Below, in pieces: positions 39,101 to 53,256 of a stretch of 64,000 nt of DNA. Numbering within the stretch: position 1 is the first letter of the stretch; each line of letters starts with the position of its first letter. The translations under genes and the position numbers were made by a program. Source of the stretch: Perna viridis (taxonomy: Eukaryota); the NCBI GenBank assembly GCA_037379345.1, contig CM074516.1:20770001-20834000 (forward strand). The letters run 5' to 3'. The notes under the pieces were generated by a model. The model worked only from the letters and a program-made list of their open reading frames with translations, was not told where the DNA came from and did no database searches.

Positions 39101-39480
39101 GTAGCTGTCTTTGTAAGAATCATGCAAATTGTGTAATATGTGATACACCTAAAAAAGGTTACACATTTTAATTTTTGTTATTAAGTTGTTTTCAGGGTCA
39201 ATATAGTGAAATTTGTAATTATTCATTCCAATCTGTCTGATCTTAGGAGATAATTCACATTGAAAATTCAACAGTTTCTATTAGAGTTATCTTCTTTAAT
39301 TTTGAAGTCTACAGTACATTCTTTATAATTAATATCTCCTATAAACAAGGGTTATTTGAAAAGCCACATGTTAATTTCTGTGTACTAGAACATTGTAAGC
39401 AAAATATCAGAAATAAAAATAAGTTAGCTTTCCAACCATGAATCACATTTTGCCTGATTCTTAGACCTAATACTATTTAA
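39101..39480 (+). mobile_element. MITE family A2
   Basis: Collinear with 25916-26319. Confidence 0.85.
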
Positions 39481-39947
39481 GTAGTTGTTAATATAACTCT
39501 GGTAAATTTTTCTTTTAAATTTGATTTTTTAAAGAAATGAGCAATTTTCAGTGAGTCGTTTTATCCAAGTTTTTATTTATTCATTACTACGAAGGTAAAA
39601 GTACCTTAAATATTCATATATACCAATGTTCTAGGTTCAGTAACTTATAAAAGTTCTTTGAATTCTTGACTAATAGAGTCTTTTTCTATTTTTATTTTGG
39701 AATAAAAAAAAATGAAAATAAATATTTTATGTACATTGCATGTAATGTGGTTACAACATTTTTTATTACTTAAAATGAAGGCTTTCTACAGGCCTATTTT
39801 TTATTATTTGTGGGATATAAATGGACCCAAGTCTTTTCACAGCTTTTCTTTAGAAGTGTTTTTAGTTGAAACTGACTGTAAAATGAAAAAAATAATATCT
39901 AGAGAGGACTTGTACCAAGACTGCTTAAATTTATTCTTAGTTTTTTC

Positions 39948-40177
39948 CATACTTGTTAACCTTTTGGAACTATTTACACTATCTCGTGTGGGAGATTTTT
40001 ATGAAAAGCAAATTTTTTATGTGAAAATTAAATTACCAGTATTATGTATTTTTCACAGAAAATAAAGTATTTTTGACTAAAATAACCCACAAATCTTACA
40101 TATTTATGTGACAGATTCTTAATTTTTTCATTGATTGTGGGAGTCTCTCCTGTTATGTGGGAGGGTTAACAGGTATA
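39948..40177 (-). mobile_element. MITE, inverted copy of 27865-28112
   Basis: catacttgttaacc ... ggttaacaggtata. Confidence 0.75.
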
Positions 40178-40299
40178 TTTTTTCCCCATGCAAGAACCAT
40201 GTCTCTACATTAGACAATAGTAACAAGATAACTTTCAATGAAATGTTATTTTAGTAATTCATTATAGAAAACTGTTAACTGCATGATTCGAATCAGATT

Positions 40300-41010
40300 T
40301 ACCTCCAGAGCCTGTGTCAATTGTAACATTTGTTAGCATTTAAATTTTAGTGATATTTAAACACATTTTATGTGGAAGTCAATTGTCCAGTCGTACCATA
40401 GCAAAGCCTCCAGAGCCTGTGTGTCAAATGTTGACAGTGGCAAACTGCATTATCATTTAAATGCTTAGGATGATTTTTAAAGATCATTAACATTTAAATA
40501 CTAAATGTACTGATTTTTTTAGGCTAAAACACATTTTCTCCACTTGTATTATAGCAAAACTCATAATAATGTTCTGTGACAAATGCTTGTAGGATTTCGA
40601 ACCACTCTTCTATTATCAGCATATATGTGCTTAATTGGCAAGTTTTTGTAGTGCCATGACTTTCTTATTGTCATAGCCCATTGTCCATTTGTACCATAGC
40701 GAACTTTTTATGTTCAGGTTGTGCATCAAATGTTTGTAGTGTTATCAACATTCGCCTAACTATTAATCAACATTTATATGTTGAATGGGCAAATTTTGTA
40801 GTGCCCTGACCTGACATGACACTTTCACTGCTTAAGTCAATTGTCTATTTTGTACTGCTGCAAACCTCTTTATATAAAGCCTTACTATCATATGTTTGCA
40901 AGTCTGCATACATTTCCTGCTTCCATTTATCGGTATTTATATGCTGAATTGACCAATTAGGCAGAGCCATGACACTTTTACTGTCTTGGTCTATCGTGCG
41001 TTTTGCCGCT
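40300..41010. repeat. Old degenerate ~150-bp tandem array
   Basis: Recurring attgtcca..gtaccatagc(a/g)aa motif at ~40381, 40540, 40680 and 40840. Confidence 0.55.
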
Positions 41011-44000
41011 GTAGAACCATTGATAACATGGCCATTCATCCCCAGATTAGCCATAACAATATCATTTTGAATATTATTCTGTTGTTTAATACTTGGTAGG
41101 CAGTTAATTAACGAAATAAACTGTTGTAGGAATTCATAATTAGGTTTGGAGTTATAGGCATCGGTGACTCGGTCTGAATACTAAAGACGTACAACCCTGT
41201 TACTATGTTTGGTAAAAAGAGTTCACCGAAATTGATTCTTGGGAGACAGATTCTGTCTAATGATAAAAAAGCATTTTTTCATAGTTGGAAGACAAAAAGT
41301 ACATTTTCATTCTCTTTCCAATTGTTTTATTATGATATGGGGAAAAGTAGCTGACTGAATCAATTTTAGAAGACAGAAAACAGACAATACAACTAGTGGT
41401 AAAGTTCTTTGTCGAAACATAGACTTTTATTTAAAGAGATCAGTAAAACATTGAAATCCCATTTTATCTCATGGACTGAGACAGGATCTTACTAAAAACA
41501 AGGTTTGTAATGAAGGGTGTTTAGATTTGAAGATAACTGTGAGGGGATTATTGGTGACATAGATACTGTATGGAGGAAGTAAAATTTGGGGATAATGAGG
41601 CTAAAAGGTTTACAAAAAATTTTTGCATTTCTAATTTCGACAGTTGCTTAGTGATGCACTAAGTTTTTTGGCCATGAGTAAATATTTTGCGAATTTATTT
41701 TGGCGTTTTTAGTCAGACCTCTACATTACATAAAAATTATTGTAGCACCCCACATAAATATCTGAACTTTGTTTAATCTATTTGTACACATGTTCAAAAG
41801 ACTATCAAAAAGTTTAAAATGATGAAAATACTCAATGCAAGTATCAGGCAATCTTGGTACTTCCCAAACCATGTTACAGGATTTCAAAATCAATTGAATG
41901 GTTAACATTACTGTTGCTCATCACTTTTATCTTACGCGTCCACCATACAAATGTGTTGTCAAAAACTGTTTTGGGTTTTTTCTCCATTGCTCATTAAATT
42001 TCCAAAGTAGATAAGCGGATTGAAATTTAAATGATCCATTGTCAAATTGCTTAGTAAACTATTAAAAATTTCTTCCTTTTAATGTAAAAAGTATGTTGTT
42101 TTTCCAAGTTGTATTATTGGGCATGCCTTATTTGCAGTAAGAAGGGATTATTTATTTAATAAAAGTTTTCTATCATCCACAACTTGTGTGGTGACAAATA
42201 CTGAAATTTTTGTTTCAGTCGAAATTTGAATCAATTTACCATTTTTAAATTCAAAAGACAAATCTGGTTGTCCTTTTTGTCATTTATATATATCAGTTAA
42301 GCTGTTGAGAATTTCAAATTAATTTACACTTACAAACTTTGATCCAACACATGATGTTTTGTAACTGATATAAGATATATTGTACTTTTAATTTCTTTAA
42401 AAAATTTGACCTTTTTTTCTCATCAAATTATTGAAAAATGATGTACAAACTGGCTATATTATCTCCCTTATAGGTCTCCCATGGAACACTTGATAGACAT
42501 TTAATTGGTTTAAAAAGCATATTGTTTTATAAGTTAATATTGAATCTGACATGGTGCTGTTTATTACTTAAAGATTTTCTTTGATGTGAGTTTTTCTCCA
42601 TCAAGCAGATGATAATGGCTAAAAAAACAACATTAGCTTGCCTGGTTTGATGCATTAAAGCTCATCTCGCTAGCTGATCAAATTGGTGATATTTATTGGG
42701 CATAAATTATGAGTTAGATACAGAACTAGGAAATATAATTTTCAGTCTTTGAAAGGATTATGGTTGTTAATGATATATATATATTTTATATTGTTGGTTA
42801 ATTGAATTCCTTTTGTACTAATGTTATACATTAGGATGGAATCAAAAACAAGTCAGACAAATGATATTTATTGTATCCTTCAAGGTTATGGGTAAGAAAA
42901 AATTGTTCAGATAGCATTTTATACTCATCAGGGGTCTGTTATTCAACTTGTCATTAAAATTATTGTGTAATTAATTTTAATGAGTCATTTAAACTTATTT
43001 GAGTGATTAGTAAATCATATGATTAAATTTTGTTGTTCAACTTAATTTAATCATTGCATTTGTTAATCATTGTATTAAATTTTGATTGCATGATTAAAAT
43101 GCAAGTGCATCCCTTAATTTCACTACAGATTCAACTAAGAATCGTGCAAGCAAAGAAAAATAGACGGTCAGTCATAAATTTTATTAACTTTATTAACAGT
43201 GGAAAAGCTTTAAGGAAGTAACATTTATAATAAAAAAATAACAGCTATGGTTAAAAAAGCAATGAAATTGATCAAAGAAGTTGAATTCCATTGAATGAAT
43301 GATATAATATTTTAACCCCGAGGTCAATTTTTCACATCACTTTTTGCATATATAGGAGAACCTTATAACTTAAGTGTTTTAATATGCCCATATTATTTCA
43401 TTGCTCACTTGAAATCAGTGGTAACCACAGTAGATATTGGCCTTCAAGGGTCAAAAGGGAGAAGGGCAAAGCATGAAGAAGAGACAGAAAAAGTAACAGA
43501 AACCATATGATACATGTAACACCATAGGCAGATACAGAGATTCAAGATAGAGGGGGCCTGAAAAAGTAATCCACATACAGAATGAGTTTTTTTTGGGGTT
43601 TTTTTTGGGGGGGGGAGGGGACCAGATTATGGTCTGAGCAGTCTTATCTGGTGTCAAACACTGCTAAAAATGTCAGTACAAGAATATGTACCTATCACAT
43701 TTTGGTAGTCTGCAGGCTAACTTTTTATGTTAGTTATATTGTATTGTGAAGTATGTACTTTTACTTGTAATAGTTTTTAATACCTGAATTTAACAAGAAA
43801 AATTTTCCCAATAACTGCTTAAAATTTTCATTCCAAAATAATTTAAGTGTGGCCAAATTCATGTATTTTATCAAATATTAGGTTTACAAAAAAATAAATA
43901 AATAAATAAAAAACATCATATGAATTTTTAACAAAGAAATATTCCTAAATGTTTTTAGCTTGGTCTAAATTAAATGTATTCAATTTCATTTGCTCACCAT

Positions 44001-46531
44001 TCAGTTCTTGAAATTCTCCATTCATTGCCAGGAAATGATATAAGGAAGTAAACCGAAGATGAACATCTCCTTCGTCACATATCTTTGCAGCCTAATACAC
44101 GATGACAAACATCTTCCTCATAGACAGGATGCTTTTTATTGCCTGCAATTGTCTTCCCACCCACCTGCTTTGTAGGTCTATAGTTCATTTCTCCATACAG
44201 TTGTCATCCCACCCAACCACTTTGAGGTTCTATAGTACATTTCTCCATAAAGTTGTACAGCATACCTTTTTTTTTCCTTACCCACCCACTCTATATTTTA
44301 TTTCTGAAAGAAGTTTGTGTGAGTTGGTCAATTCCAAGAAAGCTGTACCGTATTGTTTACAGACTTCTGGACAGTAAGGTTGTATATGCCCCACGTATGA
44401 CACATTTCATGATACACTAATGAATATTCTCCATTTTTTTTTTATCACACATCGTAAGTCATGATTGATCTTAGGGATTTTGATATTTTTGTGTTAACTG
44501 TTTCTCATGACTGAAGAACACTACCTATTATTTTTATCCATTGTCTGAGTAGCTTCCTTGGACCAAACATACGAGTAAGCTGCTTCCATCACTTTGAGTG
44601 TGTGGTCTGTAAACTTTATACATTTTACTCAACTGCATGAAATCCATCTTACTAGCTTAAATTAAAACTTGCAGCAATGATTACCACAAGAGTTACCTTA
44701 AATGATCCACTTTGGCTTCCAAGATTAATTGCTCTTATGAAACCATATGTACCCATAGTTTACAAATTTTATGGAGATGTTAGATGTACCTTGATGATCT
44801 CTACAAACAATTTAATTTTGTGCAGCTCAGGGGTGCAGGGAGTGGGCACCCCTACTTTTTATTGCATAATTTGTCATTTTCATGTGTATAATTGACAAAA
44901 AAATGGTAAATAATGTTATAGCACCCCTTTTTTGAGGAACCCCTGCTGACACCCCTCCTTTTCAAAGTATACGGGTCTGCTCCTGCTACTGGTTGGTAAA
45001 AAAGTAATGTGAAGACTGTGGAAGAAAGACTTCAAATGTGGGGACAGATTATCATGTGTGATGGACAAACATGCAGTTAGGGCAAGCCATTAGGGATAAT
45101 TACTCTTATTTTCAAAGTTTTGTTGTATTATACTATGCTAAGTCCTCTAGATCCTTGAATAACTGATCCATCATATCCATGTACTAGATGATGTGGGCAG
45201 ACTCTGCCAGTAGACAATATTACATGTTGCATTATATATCTTTTCCCACTATAAAATATGGAAACAATTACATCCTCAATTGTTGTATATGACTTCCATT
45301 TCCAGAAATGCCCACTGATTCTGTTTTGATATTCTTGCTTAGACAACAAATCTCAACCCAGATATAAAATCCCTTTAAAGCCTCTTTTGCTATCTAGTGT
45401 AATGCATTTTTAAAACCAACAATAGATTTTCAATACCAATTGTGGAATTAGTTTTATTTCTTTGTTGATACAGTACGATTAAGGCCTTTTTCTAGCGCAG
45501 TCTAATTGATAGTGTACTTCCGATTTTCTTTAAGCCACTCTATATGTTCATAGAATTGATTTCTTGTCAATTTCTGCCGTTTTTCATGTAAATATTAGTA
45601 TGACAGTTCTAAACAAGGATTGTATTACAATCATTGGTTCAAAAGCCGTCAAATAATCGCTGTGCTAATTGCCTCTTATGTTCATCCTCTGTAATAGGCT
45701 CCTTGCTGTACTTATGAATATTTTTACGGGGATATATTCTCTTTTGATAATTATGTCTATTGATTAACCTTAGGCAGATGTTGAATCACAAATCTGTACG
45801 ACAAATGGAAATGGATCGCTTGTTTTATTGAAAGTTATCCTTGATTTGGTCTTTTGTATTATCTTGTCTTATACTCACAGTTTCATCTTGAGTTTTGCTT
45901 TTACTGATTGTGTTTTAAATTCCATGGAATAGCTATTTAAGGATTTAAAGGGATTTTAAGTATACAGTGTTTTTATTGTTGAAGGTATGTACTTGATTTC
46001 TTGTATAAATGTTTTCTGTGCAATATTTTTATTCATAAACCATTAATTGAGAAAATTGCAATTATTTAAGTTCTTAAGAGAAAACCAATTGTTGCCATGC
46101 ATGATGTAGAAATTAAAGTTATTTGTTTTGTGGTATCGTAAATTGTATTTTCTTGATTTAATTATAAATCCACTATTTAATTTCAGGACATTTTTTTAAA
46201 AATAATTTTTGAAATTTTCTAAAACGTTGAACAACTATATAGAATTGCCTTTTAGGGAAAAAGTTAAAAAAAAATTAATTCAACATCATATCCCAGACAG
46301 CTGCAATTTATTGAGCAAATGACTTAAGCAGGTATCAAACAGTTAAGCTCAGCTGGATAAATAGAAAAAAATTCTAGTCATGATTTGTGTAAAGGTGACA
46401 TATTGTTTCAATCAATGGTCAAAGTAAAATGACACATGGAAACAAACAAGAGTGGTTTATGTTGTAACATGTGGTCTACCTTATCCTTGACGGAAGATTC
46501 TAAATCCATTAATATGAATCGACAAGCTAAG

Positions 46532-46712
46532 TACAGTGGAAGCTGTCTTAACTTTACTCCTTTTGAACTTTAAAATTGGTTTGGTAAAGACAGGTGTTAG
46601 GTTTACCAAAGCTAAAAATATGTTCAAATTGATATGAAGAAACTGTAAAATGTGTCTAGTTTAGACAGGTTTTGGGATTATTCAGGGTTTGGTTTAGACA
46701 GGTTGCATTGTA
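46532..46712. mobile_element. TA-flanked MITE with tttagacagg subterminal motifs
   Basis: tacagtggaagctgtct ... agacaggttgcattgta. Confidence 0.65.
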
Positions 46713-48849
46713 TTGGGTTTCCTAGGTAAACATGTTCTTAAAGTTATAGTTTTGTTTTGATTAAATTGGGATAATCTTTTTCATGAGTTTTTCTCTACTT
46801 CTCTGTTTCAACATGGATAAAATTAGGATATTTACTTGTAAGTCCTATGTTTGTGATTATTGGCGAAAGATTTTATAGTCTAGCCAGGACAAAATATTTT
46901 GAAATCATAATGTACACACCATGGTGAAAAGTTTCTTTTTGATGAATGTACCATTGAAGGTCAGTTAAATTTGTTAAATAAATTGTACCTATTTTTTTTT
47001 TATAAGTTTATTTTTATTTGTTTTGATTGTAAAAACATGTAGACCCTTCTTTTGCTTCATGCATTCATGTTTCCATTATAAAAGATGGCTTATAGACTTG
47101 TAAACAAGTCTATAAGATATTTTTTCTATTTCAGTTCAGTGCAAATCAAAGAGTTTGAAAAGAAAGGTTCAGAAAAAGGGGGTTTCAAATAATGCTAAAA
47201 ATTCCAACATAAATTATAACAAACGGTTGTTCCAATACTCCCAAAGAATCACAAATACCACATTTATTTCAGACCTGAACATTTTCAGATCTAAACTGAT
47301 TTAGTCTAGTACTTTAGAAATGTCACACTTCTTCAATTGGATATTTTGAAAGTTAATAGGATGACTTGGACAAGATATTTCAGTTTTTCAATTTAGTTTC
47401 TTTTTTTAAAATCATATCTTCATTAAAAAAATGTAAACTGGAAATGTGTAAAATTGCTTTTTTAGAATAATATCTTTGTTTATTGAAATGATTTTGTTTG
47501 ATGTTTCAACAATCAAGGCATGAAATCAGCAGGTAAAAATTGATGCAGAACATGATGTTCTGTTGTATTTCTTTAAGATTACAATATCAAATAGCCGAAG
47601 TATTCTTTAAATAACAGTACAACAAAAAGTCTGTAACATCTGTGAATCAAGTAGCTTAGGATCAATTAAGATGTCATTTGAAATGCAAATTGAAAATGTT
47701 ATTTTGAATAATCTTGTACTGTTACTGGTGTTTTGTCAATATTGTTATAACATTGAAAGCATATGGTTCATAATATTATTTTTAGTTTTGTCCATTTTGG
47801 AGACATTTTGGTTTCCCCTGCTTTTTTTCTTTTGAGTACCAGTATCTGAAAAAATAAGGACGTAATTGCAACATTATTACAACACATACATCAGGAAATT
47901 CATCAGATGATTGTCATCTAATCATGGGAAGATAAACAATATCCCCTGAACATCATCATTTTATATGCTATAAAATACTACCAATTGTGCAGGCTGATAT
48001 GAATACTAGTATTATCCAAAATTAGGAGATGAGACAAAATTTACTCTATATATTGGACAAAATAATCATGACTTCATTTGTACTGATAATGAAGAATTAA
48101 GAGTGGAGTTACTGTCCAAAGGTATATTTTTCTTTTGCAAATTTTTTGGAAAATTTTCCCAAGTTCTGCAAAAACAGAAATCAAATACAACATCAGTTAT
48201 CTTAAAAATTTGAATGATTGGAATTCTCAGTCACATTTTTCTCAATAATAAAATCATTACAATATATTCTGGATTTACAGAATTGACTGGAATAGATATT
48301 GTTAATTTTCCTGATTTTTTTTCCAGACTACGTAAGCATGCAAGGTTGATTACAATTATTGAATTGTCCTGTTTCTGACATGTGTCACATGCATACATTA
48401 ACAGAACTAATAGTTGTATCATCTGTCAGCAGGAACTAACATTGTCATGTAGCATATACCAAAAGTTGTTGTCAAGAGGCAAATATAAATATATTCTGAA
48501 CAGTGTCAGCTGAGACAAATCTAAAGAATTTTTGAAAGGTGCAAATTAGTAATGAAAAAACTGGTGAATTAAGCTTGAAAATATTAAGAAAGCATACTTA
48601 ATAGCTTTTATGGGGTCCACTTGTTCTGCCTGTTGCCAGGTGCAAATCACTATGGTATGTCTATATATTAAGGGGATTATAATACTTAAATGTGCTAGCC
48701 ATAACTTAAGTTCGAAGTCTAAAGTCATCATTTCAATAGTTTTATGGTTGTCACTATGACCTTTGTCCTTTCAAGTATGACCATTGACCTATATTTGTTT
48801 TAGATATTCTTCGTTTTAAAAGCAACTGACTTAACCTACAACAAGCAGC

Positions 48850-48960
48850 ATGGCAGTTGTCTTGCAAGAAGCAGAAAATGGTCACCCTTCCAGAGCACTT
48901 GATTTCATTTCAGTTTTTAGTGGGCTTCATTCTGTTCATTTCTCTGTGTAAACTTTTTTC
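48850..48960 (+). mobile_element. Degenerate Penelope-like 3' UTR domain
   Basis: agaagcagaaaatggtcacccttccagagcacttga...cagtttttagtggg resembles 15865-15943. Confidence 0.5.
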
Positions 48961-48979
48961 AGTTCTTTCATGTCATATG

Positions 48980-49160
48980 ATTTTCATACCTTCCGCAAAC
49001 AAAGTTTGGTGGATATATTGGTTTGACCTTGTGAGTCTGTCCATCTGTTTGTCTGTCTGTATGCAGCTACTTTCTAAGTAGCTTGCAGCTTTGTTATGAA
49101 ACTTTGTTTGAGGAAATATAACCACATGAAGATGTGCATACTGTCATGATTTTTTTCTTT
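48980..49160. mobile_element. HINE-like terminal fragment
   Basis: cataccttccgcaaacaaagtttggtggatatattgg hairpin plus (GTCT)n. Confidence 0.55.
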
Positions 49161-49166
49161 GTTGAC

Positions 49167-49560
49167 CTTTTGGTGTTCCAGACATTGTTCTGTCCAAGGA
49201 GTCCCCTACTTGCTTTTGCTGTTCCAGACTTCGTTCTATCCAAGGAGTCCCCCTCTTTGCTTTTGGTGTTCCAGACATTGTCCTGTCCAAGGAGTCCCCT
49301 CTTGCTTTTGGTGTTCCAGTCTTTGTTCTGTCCAAGGAGTCCCCCTCTTTGCTTTTAGTGTTCCAGACATTGATCTGTCCAAGGAGCCCCCTCTTGCTTT
49401 TAGTAATCTAGACATTGTACTGTTCAAGGAGTCCCCCCTGCTTTTGGTGTTCCAGACAGTGTTCTGTCCAAGGAGCTCCCCCTTGCTTTTGGTGTTATAG
49501 ACATTGTTCTGTCCAATGAGTCCCCCCTCTTGCTTTTGGTGTTGGCCAAGAAGTGCCCCC
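49167..49560. repeat. ~44-46-bp minisatellite, ~8.5 copies
   Basis: Unit gcttttggtgttccagacattgttctgtccaaggagtccccctctt. Confidence 0.92.
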
Positions 49561-50289
49561 TAGTTCACACCCTCTGTATTTCTGCTTTCCTTTTAACAAA
49601 AATAAAATTGAGTTTCAAGCAGCATTAGCAATACATCAGAAATATACATTAGACATTTAAAAGTTTTAAAAAATCATATATCTTTATCAATCTTCTTAAA
49701 AATTCAAATCTTCCACAATCTCCTTAACTTAGTAATAAGCCACTCTATCCCTTGTTTAACAAACAATTATAGCATCATTTGATACCATTGTAAAACATTT
49801 AAATAAAGATATTCAGATAGATTTATCAATAAAAATCTGCTTTTATTTATCAAATACCTTTATATAGAATTATTTAAAGTTGAAGTTAACAATTAAATGT
49901 GAAGTATTGACAGAAACTTAGATTTTAAGAAGTTTATTCTTTTTTCATCTTTGATATAGACCTACAGAATATATTTGCTTTTCTTACTCAAATATAGACA
50001 GAGAATTTTTCCCACAGATTATTGCTAAATGACAAAAGATTTTGAGAGTTGTAACCATCTCTTGTCACAGATCAGCAGATCATGATGTTTACAGTGCCGG
50101 GTTCTGTACCTACCCCTTGATCAATGGATGTATTTTTGTGGTAGTAGGCTGTATTGTAGTGTATTGGTCTGTTTATTTAACGTAATTATACAATTACTCT
50201 GGAATTCTTTGATTTGCTGATAGAACTATGAGGTAATGGATACTGCCTGCATCATAATCGAGGTTAAATCTAGATAAAATTCAGGTAAT

Positions 50290-50535
50290 TTATTTTTTTG
50301 TATTGTACCAATTTTTGTGGTTTGGTCAAACCATAAATTCTAAATTTTTGTAGGCCACCATTTGTTTTTTTTTTGTTGTTTTTTTTTTGTGGTTTGACCA
50401 AACAATTTTTTTTTTAATTTTGAAGTTTACCAATTTTACTGGTTTTTCATGGTTTGGTCAAACCGAAATATTCAATTTTTTTGTAGGGTACCAATTTTAA
50501 AGGTTCTTGTGCTTCATTCAAACCAAAAATTCAAA
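50290..50535. repeat. Degenerate ~60-bp tandem repeats
   Basis: accaatttt..tggtttggtcaaacc repeated 4 times. Confidence 0.6.
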
Positions 50536-50849
50536 TTCCCAATTAGACGTATAATTTCAATAGAATTTCCGTAAACATTTTTAATGCAATATGACCCATT
50601 AAGCAATAAAATTAATTTTGAAAAACTGTGAAATTTGCGAAACTTGATACCTCTGAATAAAAGTTCTATAAAAGTAAGTTTGATAATTTTTTAGACAAAG
50701 TTTTAAAAATATTTCTAGGGAGTCGCTGAAGCTTTTCCCCGTTGAAGATAATCAAATAGCGAAAAAAAAATCATACAATACAGATTTTCTTTTCTGAACA
50801 GGAAAGAGTTAGTCTGATAACATGATATAATTTCAAGCTAACACTTTGT

Positions 50850-51075
50850 CAGGCTACAAAATATTTTTGTTTGCTGTTCTCCTATAAACTTTATTGGCTT
50901 TATAAAACAAATTTTTATTCTATTTCCTTCCCTCGATCAGTAGTGTTTGTGATTAGCAAATTTTGGGTGTCTATCTATCAAAATTGATTTTAGTCTTACC
51001 TACCCACCTACCAACCAATGTCATTAGCTCTTAGTAGAGGAACATCAAAAAACATATTGTTATTTTGTTTGGCCT
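50850..51075. mobile_element. Harbinger-like MITE
   Basis: aggctacaaaata ... tattttgtttggcct, with a cctacc run. Confidence 0.5.
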
Positions 51076-52658
51076 CAAGTTCTATCCAGTTGTACAAAAG
51101 GGAGATAATCAGCACAAAACTTGTGGAACAGCAACATTAATCTGTAAAAACTCGACTGTGTCTTGCTTTAAACTTATCATCAGATATACTTCCTTTACTT
51201 TTCTCCGAAACATTAAACCAAAATATAGAGATAAACAGTTCCTTTGGGCTAATAAGTTAATATTGTCTATACCGTTTACAACCATTTAAGAATAAAAAAT
51301 TGTTGCAAATAATTGTCTTTGACTTAATTTGAATGTAGTTTCTCAATCTTTAGGCAATGATAATGATCATAACATTCATCACATGACTGGATATTTTAAT
51401 TCTATCACTGTTCAAGCATCATTTTGAAGAAAATGAGGAGTGCAAGCTGATAATAGGGACTTGTGGGTGTTTTAAGTAACCACTTCAATTATTATGCTGT
51501 GATAATGTTGTCCAGATGTAGTTTTTAGCTTATTTGTTGTGGTATTTTATGAGATTATTTGTATTGATTTTCTTCAAAGCATCAGTGGTTAGATTTTGTC
51601 AAATGTCACTGTACTGACCACCAGTGTTATGTATTAGCCAAAAAAATGTTGAGTTCTGACTGATAATTTGTTCTGTGGTTGAGTGGCATGAAAGCTGTTA
51701 ATCTTTAACAGTTCGACAGTCAGGACATAATCATATAGACTGGAACATCTTGTAATATATAACTTGTGTGGTCTGATGGCCAATTGTCATCAGAAGGCCT
51801 TATTACCAGTATTGGATTCTTTTATAATCTTGATTTAGGGGTCATGGTTTGGTACTTTGAGACATCTTGAATAAGATTACTATTGCATAATATTGCCTGT
51901 ACAGCAAGTGTTTGGTCAGAAGCCAAAATTTCAAGCTAGAATTACATTGACTGAGTTCTCAATACCCATCTGTATTTTTATTTCCTAACCCATGTTACTT
52001 GATATCTAAAATTCTGATCAAACCAATATCTCCTACACTACCAAAGCTCATCATGTAATATTTCACAGAAATCTGATAAGCTAGTGAAAGTAGACTTACA
52101 AGAAAGTGTCGAAGCTTGAAAAGATTCTAGATTATTTTCATTGAAGTAGATTTAAGTACTTAAAAGTGATAGAATATGTGGGCAAATTTCATATGTAAAT
52201 GTTGAAAGTAACCAAATTAATTGCAAAATATGGATATGTAATCTGTCAGGCTTTTCCAAAAACATTCTTATATCTAAATGATAATATGTTGAATTGACTG
52301 TTTCTAAGTAATACATGTACAAATCTACATTGTAAACAAGTCACTGCTGATCTGTTGAGACTATATTCCTATATTCATGCTGTATTGATGCTGTATTTCA
52401 GATGGAAAGTGATAGAGATTTTCATAGTAATGATCTAAAGTTGAAAAAAAAATATTACAGATGGAAAATTTTTTTTATAATATAAGCCACTTTTTTCCAT
52501 CAATGTTAAGTTTATATCTTCCTCTCTGACTAAACTAATTGACTCACTTCAGAAAAAAATTACTCAACATTTTGATAAATTAGTTCAATATGTGTATCCA
52601 CACCTGCTCCTTTAACAGGTTTAACTTTTAATATTGAATGTTAAATGGCAATACTACA

Positions 52659-53256
52659 TACTGTCAACAATAATTTTAATTTCTCTACTCTCTACAGTGG
52701 AGATGATTAGATTGGGGTCACAGTGTCTCCACCTAACACAGTGGAGATGATTAGATTGGGGTCACAGTGTCTCCACCTAACACAGTGGAGATGATTAGAT
52801 TGGGGTCACAGTGTCTCCACCTAACACAGTGGAGATGATTAGAGTGGGGTCACAGCGTCTCCACTTAACACAGTGGAGATGATTAGAGTGGGGTCACAGC
52901 GTCTCCACTTAACACATTGGAGATGATTAGAGTGGGGTCACAGTGTCTCCACCTAACACAGTGGAGATGATTAGAGTGGGGTCACAGTGTCTCCACCTAA
53001 CACAGTGGAGATGATTAGAGTGGGGTCACAGTATCTCCACCTAACACAGTCAATGTTTCAACATGTGTATGTAGCTTACTTCTCATGTCTATGAACAATG
53101 ATAAATTTAATGATTTTTACAGTTAAAAAAATAATTGGAAAGTATTGAAATGAAGCAATATTACCTCCCTTTTACTGTAGTGCAGACATTGTGGGGGTCA
53201 CAGTGGAGACTCCACTGTGGAGAGTGGAGAATTTAAAATTCAGGTTGATGATAGTG
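52659..53256. mobile_element. TIR element (MITE) containing a 44-bp array
   Basis: Left actgtcaacaataattttaatttctctactctctacagtgga pairs with right tccactgtggagagtggagaatttaaaattcaggttgatgatagt. Confidence 0.7.
52695..53050. repeat. 44-bp minisatellite x8, near-identical
   Basis: Unit cagtggagatgattaga(t/g)tggggtcacag(t/c)gtctccac(c/t)taaca. Confidence 0.97.

Noticed and set aside
49134-49500. Repeat-containing ORFs
   Set aside because: Minisatellite with variable, non-triplet unit lengths.
52695-53050. CRISPR-like array of palindromic repeats
   Set aside because: Units are contiguous with no unique spacers, there are no cas genes, and the context is eukaryotic. The same applies to the arrays at 21258, 25407 and 49167.
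52695-53050. Many CACAGTG heptamers suggesting RSS, Transib or RAG signals
   Set aside because: No ACAAAAACC-like nonamer at 12/23 spacing; the multiplicity is just tandem amplification.
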